DNA of 47,272 nucleotides, from sequence record SRR9188676_2819; one strand, 5' to 3'. The translations under genes and the position numbers were made by a program. Positions 9,990-19,555 of the stretch are shown here, piece by piece. Every line of letters begins with the position of its first letter. The first letter of the stretch is position 1. The notes beneath the pieces are model-generated. The model was not told where the DNA came from, did not search any database, and worked only from the letters and a program-made list of their open reading frames with translations.

Positions 9990-10484
9990 ATGGAACGCAA
10001 GGAATTCTTATCGCTCGTTGGAGTGAGTGTTGGAGCGATAATTTTACAAAACTGTATGTCAGGTTGTACAAATTCATCAGACCCAACGCCTTCAAACAAT
10101 AACAACAATGGTAATACTGGTGGAACAGGTGGAACAACAACTGGTTTAACAGGCAATAATACAATCTCAAAAGGTACAATTGATTTCACCTTAGATTTAA
10201 CAAGTTCAAGTTTTGCTGATTTAAAAACTGATGGCAAGGCAATCGTAACTGGCGATGTAATTGTTGCTAGAACTAAAGCTGGAAATTATATCGCAGTTGC
10301 TAAAAGATGTACACACGAAGGTACAACTGTTGATTTTCAAGCAGATAATAACCGTTTTAATTGTTCAAATCATGGTTCAAATTTTGATTTAACAGGTAAA
10401 GTACTTAATGGCCCAGCAGCTAGTCCACTCACACAATTCTCTACTTCTTTTGATAGTGCTAAGAACACGCTAAGAGTATCTTAG
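9990..10484 (+). CDS. Rieske [2Fe-2S] protein, probably a Tat-exported lipoprotein
   Basis: MERKEFL Tat-like signal, Cys after the hydrophobic stretch, N/G/T-rich linker, CTHEG and CSNHGS boxes. Confidence 0.9.
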   Translation: MERKEFLSLVGVSVGAIILQNCMSGCTNSSDPTPSNNNNNGNTGGTGGTTTGLTGNNTISKGTIDFTLDLTSSSFADLKTDGKAIVTGDVIVARTKAGNYIAVAKRCTHEGTTVDFQADNNRFNCSNHGSNFDLTGKVLNGPAASPLTQFSTSFDSAKNTLRVS

Positions 10485-10505
10485 AAAAACTAAGCTTTTA
10501 TTAAG

Positions 10506-10552
10506 AACACTCCTCAAAAATGCTAACTTTGGTATTTTTAGGAGTGTTTTTT
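10506..10552 (+). terminator. Intrinsic terminator whose loop holds a -7 promoter box (TAACTTTG, 10524-10531) for menE
   Basis: AACACTCCT-c-AAAAATGC...GTATTTTT-AGGAGTGTT followed by T-tract. Confidence 0.7.
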
Positions 10553-10561
10553 ATTTGAGAA

Positions 10562-11617
10562 ATGATGTTGATTGACGATTATGATAATTTACCAAAGCCC
10601 AATTCGGACTATGAAGAAAAAGTAATAGCCTTCTGTAAAATTTGGCTAGATGGACAAGAAAGCTTTATGCTAAAAACTTCAGGCTCAACGGGTGAACCTA
10701 AACCCATTTCATTGAGCAGAAAGCAAATGGAAGCGAGTGCTTTATTAACAGGCAAAACTTTTGGTTTGAAAGAACAAGATTTAGCCTTAGTTTGCTTGAA
10801 TGTAGAGTATATCGCTGGCATTATGATGTTGGTAAGAGGTATGGTTTTGAATCTGAAACTGCTGATTATTCCTCCTTCAAGTAATCCATTATTAAATATT
10901 GAAAATCAAAAGATTGATTTTGCGGCCTTTGTTCCTTTGCAATTGCAAAGTATTTTAGAAAGTAATAACACGCATTTTCTGAATACTTTAAATCAAATGA
11001 AAGCCATTATCGTTGGCGGAGCATCAGTTAGTCAGCAACTGGTTGAACAAATTCAAGGATTATCTGTTCCAATTTATAGTACTTATGGCATGACAGAAAC
11101 GGTTTCACACATTGCCATTCGTAGGATTAACGGAGAGGATACTTCTCAAAATTTCAAAGTTTTAACAGGCGTAAAAATTGGCATTGACGACCGTAATTGT
11201 TTGAATATTTTGGCAGCAGCCAGCAATTTTGAATTAGTGCAAACCAACGATTTGGTTGAAATAATTGCTGAAGATGAGTTTAAATTATTAGGACGTTTTG
11301 ATAATATTATCAATAGTGGTGGCGTAAAAATTCAGTTAGAGAAAGTAGAAAATACCGTTGAAAGCTTGATAGAATCACTTCATATCAATCGTTTTTTTGC
11401 TTATGGCTTGGCTGATGAACGCCTTGGACAAAAATTGATTTTGGTACTTGAATCTGAAAATCTGGACGATGAAATAAAACGTAAATTAATTGAAGACATA
11501 AAAAGCGTGTCGGATACTTATCAAATTCCTAAAAATATTTTTACTATTTCTGCTTTTTCAGAAACACCAACTGGAAAAATTGATAAAAAAGCCACAATAA
11601 AAAGATTAAATTTGTAA
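10562..11617 (+). CDS. menE: O-succinylbenzoate-CoA ligase (short Bacteroidota type)
   Basis: TSGSTGEPK, YGMTET, GRFDNIINSGG and TPTGKIDK AMP-binding motifs; close to menB. Confidence 0.85.
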   Translation: MMLIDDYDNLPKPNSDYEEKVIAFCKIWLDGQESFMLKTSGSTGEPKPISLSRKQMEASALLTGKTFGLKEQDLALVCLNVEYIAGIMMLVRGMVLNLKLLIIPPSSNPLLNIENQKIDFAAFVPLQLQSILESNNTHFLNTLNQMKAIIVGGASVSQQLVEQIQGLSVPIYSTYGMTETVSHIAIRRINGEDTSQNFKVLTGVKIGIDDRNCLNILAAASNFELVQTNDLVEIIAEDEFKLLGRFDNIINSGGVKIQLEKVENTVESLIESLHINRFFAYGLADERLGQKLILVLESENLDDEIKRKLIEDIKSVSDTYQIPKNIFTISAFSETPTGKIDKKATIKRLNL

Positions 11618-11659
11618 GAAAAATAGCGAAGTCAACATGACTAAAGGAAAATAGAAAGC

Positions 11660-12427
11660 ATGAAAGTAGAAAAATTATCACAATTAGAAATCAAATTCGA
11701 GACGGCAGACATTTTGCCTCCTCCTTTTTCACACCAAATTCTCCTCACTTTAGATTTTAAAGAAAACTTTATTGATACAAAATTTGAGATTGCCTATACA
11801 TACAGAGATGAATTGACCGACGAAGAAATCTTGGAAGAAGGTTTTACTGGCAATGAAGACTTAGCTTGGGCAGGCGAATTATCAAAAGCTTGGGAAGCAC
11901 CCATTCTGAATCTGATTGGCAAAACTTCTGAAAAATTCAATACCAAAGCCTTGGAAGAAGAACAGAATTTTCTGGAAATTTCAATCAATCAAAAAATAAA
12001 GGGAAATCCAAGCAACCAAGAAGCTTGGGAATATTTACTTCAAGAACTTACGCAAGCTGTTTATGAAACTTATGGAAAAGAAGCTCCTTTTCAATTGGTT
12101 TTCAAAAAGATTGAAAAAGATAAAAGTACTTCAACCTTTGAATTGAATTTACATTACACCGACAGAAAAGTACTTGCCTCAACCACTACAAATGGTATTG
12201 AAGAAAGCAAAAATCTTTCTTGGGAAGAAGCCAGCGATTTATTACAGCACATTTTCATTGGTGATTTTATCACTGATAAAGCACAAAAAGCTGAACCAAA
12301 AACGGTTGGAAAATTTATTTCAATTGGTGATGGTTTCTGGTATGAATTCACAAAAAGCCTGAAAAATCCAAATGGAAACAGAGCTTACATTGTAGATTTA
12401 TATCAAAAATTTGAAGCATATTTATAG
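11660..12427 (+). CDS. Hypothetical protein
   Basis: 255-aa ORF, co-directional and tightly packed; no recognised motif. Confidence 0.7.
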   Translation: MKVEKLSQLEIKFETADILPPPFSHQILLTLDFKENFIDTKFEIAYTYRDELTDEEILEEGFTGNEDLAWAGELSKAWEAPILNLIGKTSEKFNTKALEEEQNFLEISINQKIKGNPSNQEAWEYLLQELTQAVYETYGKEAPFQLVFKKIEKDKSTSTFELNLHYTDRKVLASTTTNGIEESKNLSWEEASDLLQHIFIGDFITDKAQKAEPKTVGKFISIGDGFWYEFTKSLKNPNGNRAYIVDLYQKFEAYL

Positions 12428-12438
12428 TAAAAAATTAA

Positions 12439-12467
12439 AAATAGTCGTTCTCGTGGAGCGACTATTT
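12439..12467. terminator. Stem-loop, possible terminator or mRNA stabiliser
   Basis: AAATAGTCGTTC-tcgtg-GAGCGACTATTT, one G-U pair. Confidence 0.45.
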
Positions 12468-12501
12468 CCATTTCCTAACCAATTTTTACTGTGTAAAATC
12501 T

Positions 12502-15426
12502 ATGAGAAGAGTATTCTTTTTTTTATTCATCATGATTGGTGGATGCCACATTTTTGCTCAAGAAAACGCTGTCAATTTATCTCAAAACCCTGCTTCACTA
12601 AAATGGTCGCAGATTAAAACACCTCACTTTCGCTTAATTTTCCCTAGCAATATTCAGTCATTAGGCGAAAGAACCGCCAACGTTTTAGAAACCGTTTACC
12701 AGCCTGTCAGTAAAACACTTGGAAAAAATCCACGTCCGATTTCTATTGTTCTCCAAAATCAAACGAGTGTTTCAAATGGCTTTGTTACTTTGTTTCCTCG
12801 TCGTTCAGAATTTTACATTACTCCTCCGCAAGACTATACTTTACTCGGCACCAACAATTGGTTAGATTTATTGGCAGTTCACGAATTTCGACACATCGTT
12901 CAATACGACAAAGCATTAACAGGAAGTACCAAATTAATGCACACTCTTTTTGGAAGTAATGGTTGGGGCATCGTCAACTCTTTGGCTGTTCCCAATTGGT
13001 TTGCAGAAGGTGATGCCGTTGGAACAGAATCTGTATTAACTCATTCGGGAAGAGGGAAAATTCCAACTTTCGATATGGCTTTGCGTACACAATTGCTAAC
13101 AAAAGGCGCTTACAGTTATGCTAAAGCCGTAAGTGGTTCATATAAAAATTTCATTCCTAATCATTATGTAAATGGTTATTTGATGACGTCTTTTATGAAA
13201 ACTAAACACGGAGCCGATGCTTGGGATAAAATTTTGGAAGGAACATACAAAATGCCTTTTTATCCTTTTTCTTTTTCAAATAATATTAAAAAAGTAACAG
13301 GTTTAAAAACAGAGCAACTTTACAAAAATGCTTTTGATGATGCCAAACAAGCTTGGGAAACACAGCTAAAAAATATTCAAGAAACGACTGTTTCTCCTTT
13401 GAAAACTGCTAAAAATAAGTTTTTTACTCAATACGAATTTCCGCAAATCATACCAGATGGCAGAATTTTAGCCTTAAAATCAGGCTTGGCTGATATTCAA
13501 CAATTTGTATTATTGGACAAAGAAAATAATGAAGAGAAATTACTTGAATTAGGTATTTTCAACAATGCAGGAATGCTTTCTACTGCAGGTCCAAAAATAG
13601 TTTGGTCTGAATTTAATTTTGATGTACGCTGGGGACAAAAAGATTTTTCTGTCATCAAAATCTATGATTTCAATACAGAAACAACAAAAACACTTACTCA
13701 CAAAACAAAATTTACGGCACCAGCTTTATCAAACGATGCGAGTAAGATTGTAGCCATAGAAAATAGTCCTGAAAACAAATGTAGTTTAGTGATTTTAGAT
13801 ACTGAAAATGGACAAGAAATTTCAAGAATTCAGAATCTTAAAAATGCTTTTTACTTACATCCACGTTGGACGGAAAGTAATGAAATTCTTGTTGTAAAAT
13901 TGCTTGATGGCAAAAAGAGTATCGTTACGATTAATCCTGAAAACAGTTTTGAAAAAGAATTATTTTCACCAGTTGCGGAAAACATTGCTCATCCAATAAA
14001 AGTAGGAGATTACATTTTGTTTAATTCAGGTGTAACTGGAATTGATAATATTTTTGCATTTGATACAAAAACAAAAAAGCGTTTTCAAGTAAGCAATCGA
14101 AAATTCGGTGCTTTTAATCCTGCTATTTCAAGTGATGGGAAAACACTTTACTTCAACGATTTTACAGAAAATGGTAATCGCATCGTTGAAATGCCATTCA
14201 ATCCTCCAAACTTCTTGCCTTTTGATGAATCGCTGAATAAACACGTAAAGTTTTTTGGACAAATGTTGGTACAAGAAGCAGGTGAAAATTTACTTAAAAA
14301 TATTCCCAATCAAGCTTACGAAACCAAACCCTATAGCAAAGCCAATATTTTCAATATTTATAATTGGGGAGCTGTTTTTAGTTCAAACAGTAACAATCTT
14401 AATGTTGGTCTTTCTTCTCAAGATTTATTAAGTACTACTGCCATCAGTACTGGTTATTCATACAATGCCAACGAAAAAACTGGACAATTTTTCGCTGATT
14501 TAAGTTTTGAAGCTTGGTATCCAAAAATCAATTTGAACTATACCAACGGACAACGCCAGACTGATATTTATATAGACAAAAGTAGTCCTAGAGACAGTTT
14601 AAGGTCGGATAAATGGAATCAGCAACAAATTGTTTTGGGAGTAAGTTTGCCATTTAATTTTACTCGTTCTAAGTATTATCAATCTATGGAAGTTGGTGTA
14701 AATACGGCTATTACACAAGTATCAGGCTATGATTTACAAGACCGTTATCTTTCTGAAAGTTTCAATGGAAATGTCAACTCAATGATTTATACTTTTGTGT
14801 ATTCAAGACAGTTAAAAAGAGCCTTGAGAGACGTTGCACCACGCTGGGGACAAAGTATTAGTTTTTACGCAAGAAATATGCCTTTTGGCGGAGATTTGAA
14901 TGGTGGATTGACATCTATCCAGGGAAGTATTTATGTGCCGGGATTCTTCAAACATCATAGCATTCGTTTGAGAGCTGCTTTGCAAAACCAAAGTGGTTTC
15001 AAAAACCCAAATGGTTCACCTAATAATAAATTATATATTTTTGGTAGCCCAACGTTTTTTCCTAGAGGTTATAGTTATCGTGCTTTTGAAAACCTTAGTA
15101 CTGGTTCTGTAGAATATCGTTTACCGCTGTTTGACCCCGACTGGAATTTTGGTAGATTAGTTTATCTAAAAAGATTAAAAGCTAATTTTTTCGCAGATTT
15201 TGGACAAGGTGAAACCAATTATAATTGGACAGAAACTCAAAATGGGAAAACCGTCATCTACAAAGGTTCAGATAAAGGAAACTTTACCTCAATTGGTTTT
15301 GATTTTACCGCACAGTTCCATCTTTTACGTTTCTCGCAACAATTTGAGGCAGGCTGTAGAGCTATTTACTTAACAAATCAAGGACGATTTATCTTTCAAC
15401 CCTTGGTAATCGACATTGGTTTTTAA
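12502..15426 (+). CDS. Outer-membrane protein: zincin metallopeptidase domain + TolB-like propeller + Omp85-like barrel
   Basis: Signal peptide; HEFRH...WFAEGDA; PD40-like repeats (PALSNDASKI, PAISSDGKTLYF); PRGY, EYRLP, FADFG; terminal Phe. Confidence 0.75.
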   Translation: MRRVFFFLFIMIGGCHIFAQENAVNLSQNPASLKWSQIKTPHFRLIFPSNIQSLGERTANVLETVYQPVSKTLGKNPRPISIVLQNQTSVSNGFVTLFPRRSEFYITPPQDYTLLGTNNWLDLLAVHEFRHIVQYDKALTGSTKLMHTLFGSNGWGIVNSLAVPNWFAEGDAVGTESVLTHSGRGKIPTFDMALRTQLLTKGAYSYAKAVSGSYKNFIPNHYVNGYLMTSFMKTKHGADAWDKILEGTYKMPFYPFSFSNNIKKVTGLKTEQLYKNAFDDAKQAWETQLKNIQETTVSPLKTAKNKFFTQYEFPQIIPDGRILALKSGLADIQQFVLLDKENNEEKLLELGIFNNAGMLSTAGPKIVWSEFNFDVRWGQKDFSVIKIYDFNTETTKTLTHKTKFTAPALSNDASKIVAIENSPENKCSLVILDTENGQEISRIQNLKNAFYLHPRWTESNEILVVKLLDGKKSIVTINPENSFEKELFSPVAENIAHPIKVGDYILFNSGVTGIDNIFAFDTKTKKRFQVSNRKFGAFNPAISSDGKTLYFNDFTENGNRIVEMPFNPPNFLPFDESLNKHVKFFGQMLVQEAGENLLKNIPNQAYETKPYSKANIFNIYNWGAVFSSNSNNLNVGLSSQDLLSTTAISTGYSYNANEKTGQFFADLSFEAWYPKINLNYTNGQRQTDIYIDKSSPRDSLRSDKWNQQQIVLGVSLPFNFTRSKYYQSMEVGVNTAITQVSGYDLQDRYLSESFNGNVNSMIYTFVYSRQLKRALRDVAPRWGQSISFYARNMPFGGDLNGGLTSIQGSIYVPGFFKHHSIRLRAALQNQSGFKNPNGSPNNKLYIFGSPTFFPRGYSYRAFENLSTGSVEYRLPLFDPDWNFGRLVYLKRLKANFFADFGQGETNYNWTETQNGKTVIYKGSDKGNFTSIGFDFTAQFHLLRFSQQFEAGCRAIYLTNQGRFIFQPLVIDIGF

Positions 15427-15481
15427 GAAAAAACCTTTATGTTTGAGAAATAATCTATCAGTTCAACATTGTACATCTAAT

Positions 15482-16507
15482 ATGAAATTTTTCTCCTACC
15501 GAGTTTACTGGATAATGCAAATTTCTTGGTGGCTCTTTACGACACTTGTTCTTAGACAACCGACAACAAAATACTTTGAACAGCCCATGCAATTGGGTTC
15601 CTACTTAACGATTAACTTCTTGGTAGGTCTTCTTTTTACGCACTTTTATGCAAAAACATATCTTAATAAAGACCGTGAAAACGGACAAATGATTGTTTTC
15701 CCTTTAGTGTCTTCATTACTGTTGGGGCTTGGTTTTTTCTTAATTGATTACTTCTTTGGTTTTCAACGTTACCGAAAACCAAGTATGGGCATCGCTTTAG
15801 AACCTTATGATTATTATCAATTCTTTATAGAATCTGTTCGTTACGTTATCATCTGGTTCTTGTTTTTTCATCTCTTTTTAAGCAATCGAAAAGCGCAAAG
15901 AAAAGAATTGCAATTGGCAAATGCAGAAATGTCCTTAAAAACTGCCGAACTTGAAAATCTTAAAAATCAGCTCAATCCGCATTTTCTTTTTAATGCTATC
16001 AATAGCATTAAAGCACTCACAATTTTCGACCCAGAACTTGCTCGACAAGCTTTGACAGAGCTTTCTCAATTACTTAGAACTTCCTTGAGCATGGGCAATC
16101 AGCAATTAGTGCCTTTGGATATGGAATTGAAATTAGTGAGAGATTACCTTTTTCTTGAAAAAATAAGGTATGAAAAACGTTTAGATTATTCTTTCGATAT
16201 TAAGCAAGAAACATTGAATTTAAGTATCCCTCCGATGTCGGTACAACTATTGGTAGAAAATGCCATTAAACATGGTATTGGTAAGAATAAATTAGGGGGG
16301 AAATTGCGAATCGTTTCAGATTATAGTCAGAATGTTTTTACTTTAAAAGTAATCAATACAGGAAAAATTACAAGTATAGCAAGTGATGAAGGCGTTGGAA
16401 TGAAGAATTTACAAAAACGTTTATTATTGAATTTTCAAGATAAAGCATCTTTTGCTTTAACGCAAGAAAATGATTCTGTGGTAGCGACAATCACAATTAT
16501 GATATAG
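15482..16507 (+). CDS. LytS/YehU-type sensor histidine kinase
   Basis: N-terminal TM helices; LKNQLNPHFLFNAINSI, LVENAIKHG, GVGMKN; probable start ATG 15482. Confidence 0.9.
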   Translation: MKFFSYRVYWIMQISWWLFTTLVLRQPTTKYFEQPMQLGSYLTINFLVGLLFTHFYAKTYLNKDRENGQMIVFPLVSSLLLGLGFFLIDYFFGFQRYRKPSMGIALEPYDYYQFFIESVRYVIIWFLFFHLFLSNRKAQRKELQLANAEMSLKTAELENLKNQLNPHFLFNAINSIKALTIFDPELARQALTELSQLLRTSLSMGNQQLVPLDMELKLVRDYLFLEKIRYEKRLDYSFDIKQETLNLSIPPMSVQLLVENAIKHGIGKNKLGGKLRIVSDYSQNVFTLKVINTGKITSIASDEGVGMKNLQKRLLLNFQDKASFALTQENDSVVATITIMI

Positions 16508-16538
16508 CTAGTTGTGAATAAAACTCACAACTAGCTAT
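16504..16538. terminator. Perfect 14-bp hairpin between convergent genes
   Basis: ATAGCTAGTTGTGA-ataaaac-TCACAACTAGCTAT; overlaps the kinase stop codon. Confidence 0.7.
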
Positions 16539-16544
16539 TGTCAA

Positions 16545-17825
16545 TTAAAAAAGAACCAAATAAGTAATTGCTCCCGCTAAATAACCCACAAAAGCCAGTA
16601 AACTAATTTTCTTTAAATACCACATAAAATCTATCTTTTCCATTCCCATGACGGCTACTCCCGAAGCCGAACCAATGATTAAAATACTTCCGCCAGTACC
16701 TGCACAATAAGCCATAAATTCCCAAAGTTTTGAATCCGTCGGGAAACTTGTTAAATCGTACATACCCATTGATGCCGCCACTAAAGGTACGTTATCTATC
16801 ACAGCAGAAGCCAAACCTATCGCAAACACAATTACGTCTTGATTGCCAATGGTGCTATCCATCCAAGTAGCCAGACCCGTCAACAAATGAGTTGCTTCTA
16901 AAGAACCAATCGCTAGTAAAATTCCTAAGAAAAATAAAATACTTGATGAGTCAATCTTACTTAGTGCATGAGCAACAGAAAAAGGTTTTTTCTCAGCTTC
17001 GTCTCTGCCATGATGAAGTATTTCAGACACAACCCAAACAATTCCTAAACCCAATAACACACCCATGTAAGGTGGTAAATGAGTAATGGTTTTAAAAATG
17101 GGTACGAATAAAAGCATTCCCAAACCTGTTACCAACATAATCATTGAATGTTTTCTAGCCAGATAAGTATTTGATTCCGATTCAATTTTAGTGGATTGTA
17201 CCGAAGCTGTTTGTATATTTCCTTTCATCGTAAATGACAAATAAATCAATGGCACAAATAGCGAAACTAAACTCGGAAGCAATAATCCTTTGATGATGGC
17301 TGTTGCAGTAATTTGTCCTCCAATCCAAAGCATCGTAGTTGTAACATCTCCAATCGGCGACCAAGCACCGCCTGCATTGGCAGCGATAATAACAATTCCT
17401 GCAAAAAACATTCTTGTTTCTTTATCTTTAATCAGTTTTCTTAATACCGAAACCATCACAATGGCAGTTGTAAGATTATCCAAAGCAGCCGATAAGAAAA
17501 AGGTAATCAAACTAATAATCCAAAGTAAAGTAACTTTGTTTTTACTCGTAATTTTATCGGTAATAATCTTGAATCCATAGTGAGAATCAATCAATTCCAC
17601 GATAGTCATCGCTCCTAAAAGAAAGAAAAGTATTTCAGAAACACTACCTAAATGATGCGACAATTCTTCACCAACAGTAGCAGGTTGATGGTCGAAAAGA
17701 ATGTAGATTGTCCAACATAATACGCCAGTAATTAATGCAGTAGCTGTTTTGTTGAGATGAATGGTGTGTTCAAAAGCAATTGCCAAATAGCCAATTACAA
17801 AAGTAAGAATCAGTAAAGTTTGCAT
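16545..17825 (-). CDS. nhaD: NhaD-family Na+/H+ antiporter
   Basis: LDNLTT, ANAGGAWSPIGDVTT, IDNVPLV and GGSILIIGSASG motifs. Confidence 0.93.
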   Translation of the reverse strand: MQTLLILTFVIGYLAIAFEHTIHLNKTATALITGVLCWTIYILFDHQPATVGEELSHHLGSVSEILFFLLGAMTIVELIDSHYGFKIITDKITSKNKVTLLWIISLITFFLSAALDNLTTAIVMVSVLRKLIKDKETRMFFAGIVIIAANAGGAWSPIGDVTTTMLWIGGQITATAIIKGLLLPSLVSLFVPLIYLSFTMKGNIQTASVQSTKIESESNTYLARKHSMIMLVTGLGMLLFVPIFKTITHLPPYMGVLLGLGIVWVVSEILHHGRDEAEKKPFSVAHALSKIDSSSILFFLGILLAIGSLEATHLLTGLATWMDSTIGNQDVIVFAIGLASAVIDNVPLVAASMGMYDLTSFPTDSKLWEFMAYCAGTGGSILIIGSASGVAVMGMEKIDFMWYLKKISLLAFVGYLAGAITYLVLF

Positions 17826-17881
17826 CGTTGTGGTTTAAGTATATATCAATTTGGTTAATATTTCTTAGTATGGTTATTTAC

Positions 17882-17913
17882 AAAAATCACCGTCAGCATA
17901 ACTAACGGTGATT
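17882..17913 (-). terminator. Terminator-like hairpin in the nhaD upstream region
   Basis: Minus strand reads AATCACCGTTAG-TTATG-CTGACGGTGATT-TTT. Confidence 0.65.
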
Positions 17914-18042
17914 CCTTAACAGATCAAATTATTCTACTACGTTATAACAGAAATCCCATCATTATTTCATGTATATCAAATCTTGATTCTTTATTTCAAA
18001 TATGAAGAACACTGTTTGTATAGCAAAGGTCTATTACTAACC

Positions 18043-18081
18043 TTAAGAAGAGCTTAATCTAATATTAGAATTTGATTAGAA
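18043..18081 (-). promoter_or_regulatory. Four 11-bp-phased direct repeats, candidate OmpR-family binding array
   Basis: TTAAGA 18043, TTAATC 18054, TTAGAA 18065, TTAGAA 18076; degenerate -7 box GACCTTTG on minus strand at 18024-18031. Confidence 0.6.
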
Positions 18082-18092
18082 AACACAAAATA

Positions 18093-19460
18093 TTATTGAT
18101 GAGGAATTTTTACGACAAATTCTGTTCCTAAATTCAATTTACTTTTTACTTGAATGATGCCATTATGAAGCTCAATAATATGTTTTGCTACTGATAAACC
18201 CACACCAAAACCTTTGATATTATTGGTATTTCTGGCACGATAAAAAGGATTAAAAATATTGGGCAAATCACTTTTTGAAATACCAATTCCTTTGTCTTGA
18301 ATTTTTACAATACAATACTTTTTATCAAAACTTAGCAAAATATTGACTTGTTGATTGGCAGAGTATTTACAGGCATTTTCTAACAAATTGACAAAAAGAT
18401 TTTCTAATAAAACTTGATTTCCCTCAATCAAAGTAAGATTATCTTCTTCTGGAATGATTTCAAAATCAAAAGTAATGCGATAATCTTGATGAATTTGTTG
18501 TACAGATTGTTGGGCATTCAGTAAAATATCCTCCATTCTCAGTACTTCAAAAATAAACTTTTCCCCATCATCAGTAGCTTTTGCTAATTGTAGCAAACCA
18601 TTGGATAATTGAATCAGTCTTTCGGTATCATTCAAAATATTCTTTAAGATTTGCTGATATTCCTTTGCAGAATATTCTTCATCCAAGCCTACTTGGACTT
18701 CAGTTTTTAAAGCAGCCAAGGGTGTTCTGAGTTCGTGCGAAGCCTGTGATACAAATTGTTTTTGCTGAATAAATGCCATTTCTAGTCGATGAAGCATACT
18801 ATTAAAATTTACCGCCAAGGCTGCAATTTCATCTTTACCATTGCCTTCATCTAATCTCTTTTTAAGATTATGTGCCGTAATTCTAGAAATTTCTTCATTC
18901 ACCGATTGAATCGGTTTGAGTGCTTGACTCGCAAAAAACACGCCCAAAGCTATTGTGATAAGTATTCCCGACAGTAATCCTATTGCCAAGGTTTTGATAA
19001 GATTTTCTTTTTGTTCAATTCCAACACTATCAGTCGCAGAAGCTAATACGACGAAACGGTCGAATTTTCCTTCAAATAATATTCCAATTACTTGTCTTTG
19101 ATTACTTTCAAAAGTTACTCTTCCCTCCTTCCGAACCATTTCCAATAAATGGTTATTGAGATAATCTGCTCGCTTTTCTACATTGGCATACAAAAGTTCA
19201 TTTCTAAAATTATAGACAAATACTTCTTCGTCAGATAAACGCAAAGACGAATTACTATCCATTAATTTCAATAATCTTGGTGTAAATTCTTGGACATCAA
19301 CCAACAAACGAGCGGTTGTATTTGAACGAGCTTGGAGACGGTCGTAAAAGTTTTTTTTGCGTTGATTTTCTGCCCGAAGAAAAACTATGGCAGAGAAAAT
19401 CAGCAAGATAATCGCTACAATGATGGTAAACTGAATGGCTATTTTATAACGAATTTGCAT
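18093..19460 (-). CDS. HAMP-HisKA-HATPase sensor histidine kinase (CusS/ArlS-like)
   Basis: Two TM helices; DEIAALAVNFN, ASHELRTPL, NLLENACKYS, DKGIGI, GFGVGL. Confidence 0.95.
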   Translation of the reverse strand: MQIRYKIAIQFTIIVAIILLIFSAIVFLRAENQRKKNFYDRLQARSNTTARLLVDVQEFTPRLLKLMDSNSSLRLSDEEVFVYNFRNELLYANVEKRADYLNNHLLEMVRKEGRVTFESNQRQVIGILFEGKFDRFVVLASATDSVGIEQKENLIKTLAIGLLSGILITIALGVFFASQALKPIQSVNEEISRITAHNLKKRLDEGNGKDEIAALAVNFNSMLHRLEMAFIQQKQFVSQASHELRTPLAALKTEVQVGLDEEYSAKEYQQILKNILNDTERLIQLSNGLLQLAKATDDGEKFIFEVLRMEDILLNAQQSVQQIHQDYRITFDFEIIPEEDNLTLIEGNQVLLENLFVNLLENACKYSANQQVNILLSFDKKYCIVKIQDKGIGISKSDLPNIFNPFYRARNTNNIKGFGVGLSVAKHIIELHNGIIQVKSKLNLGTEFVVKIPHQ

Positions 19461-19470
19461 GTATTATCAA

Positions 19471-19529
19471 GAGTGATGAATTGTGCGTGATGAGTTGTGA
19501 ATTTTAATACCACAATTAATCCATACAAT
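19471..19529. repeat. Heptamer repeat array with a degenerate opposed copy
   Basis: GAGTGAT GAATTGT GCGTGAT GAGTTGT GAATTTT, then CACAATT...ACAAT. Confidence 0.55.
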
Positions 19530-19555
19530 GAAGTCGTTTATTTTACAGATGCGAC

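Noticed and set aside
17826..18020. Known Na+/Li+ riboswitch (nhaA-I/II, DUF1646)
   Set aside because: I could not recognise their conserved cores in this AT-rich leader; an Rfam search is needed, so it is kept only as an unknown leader
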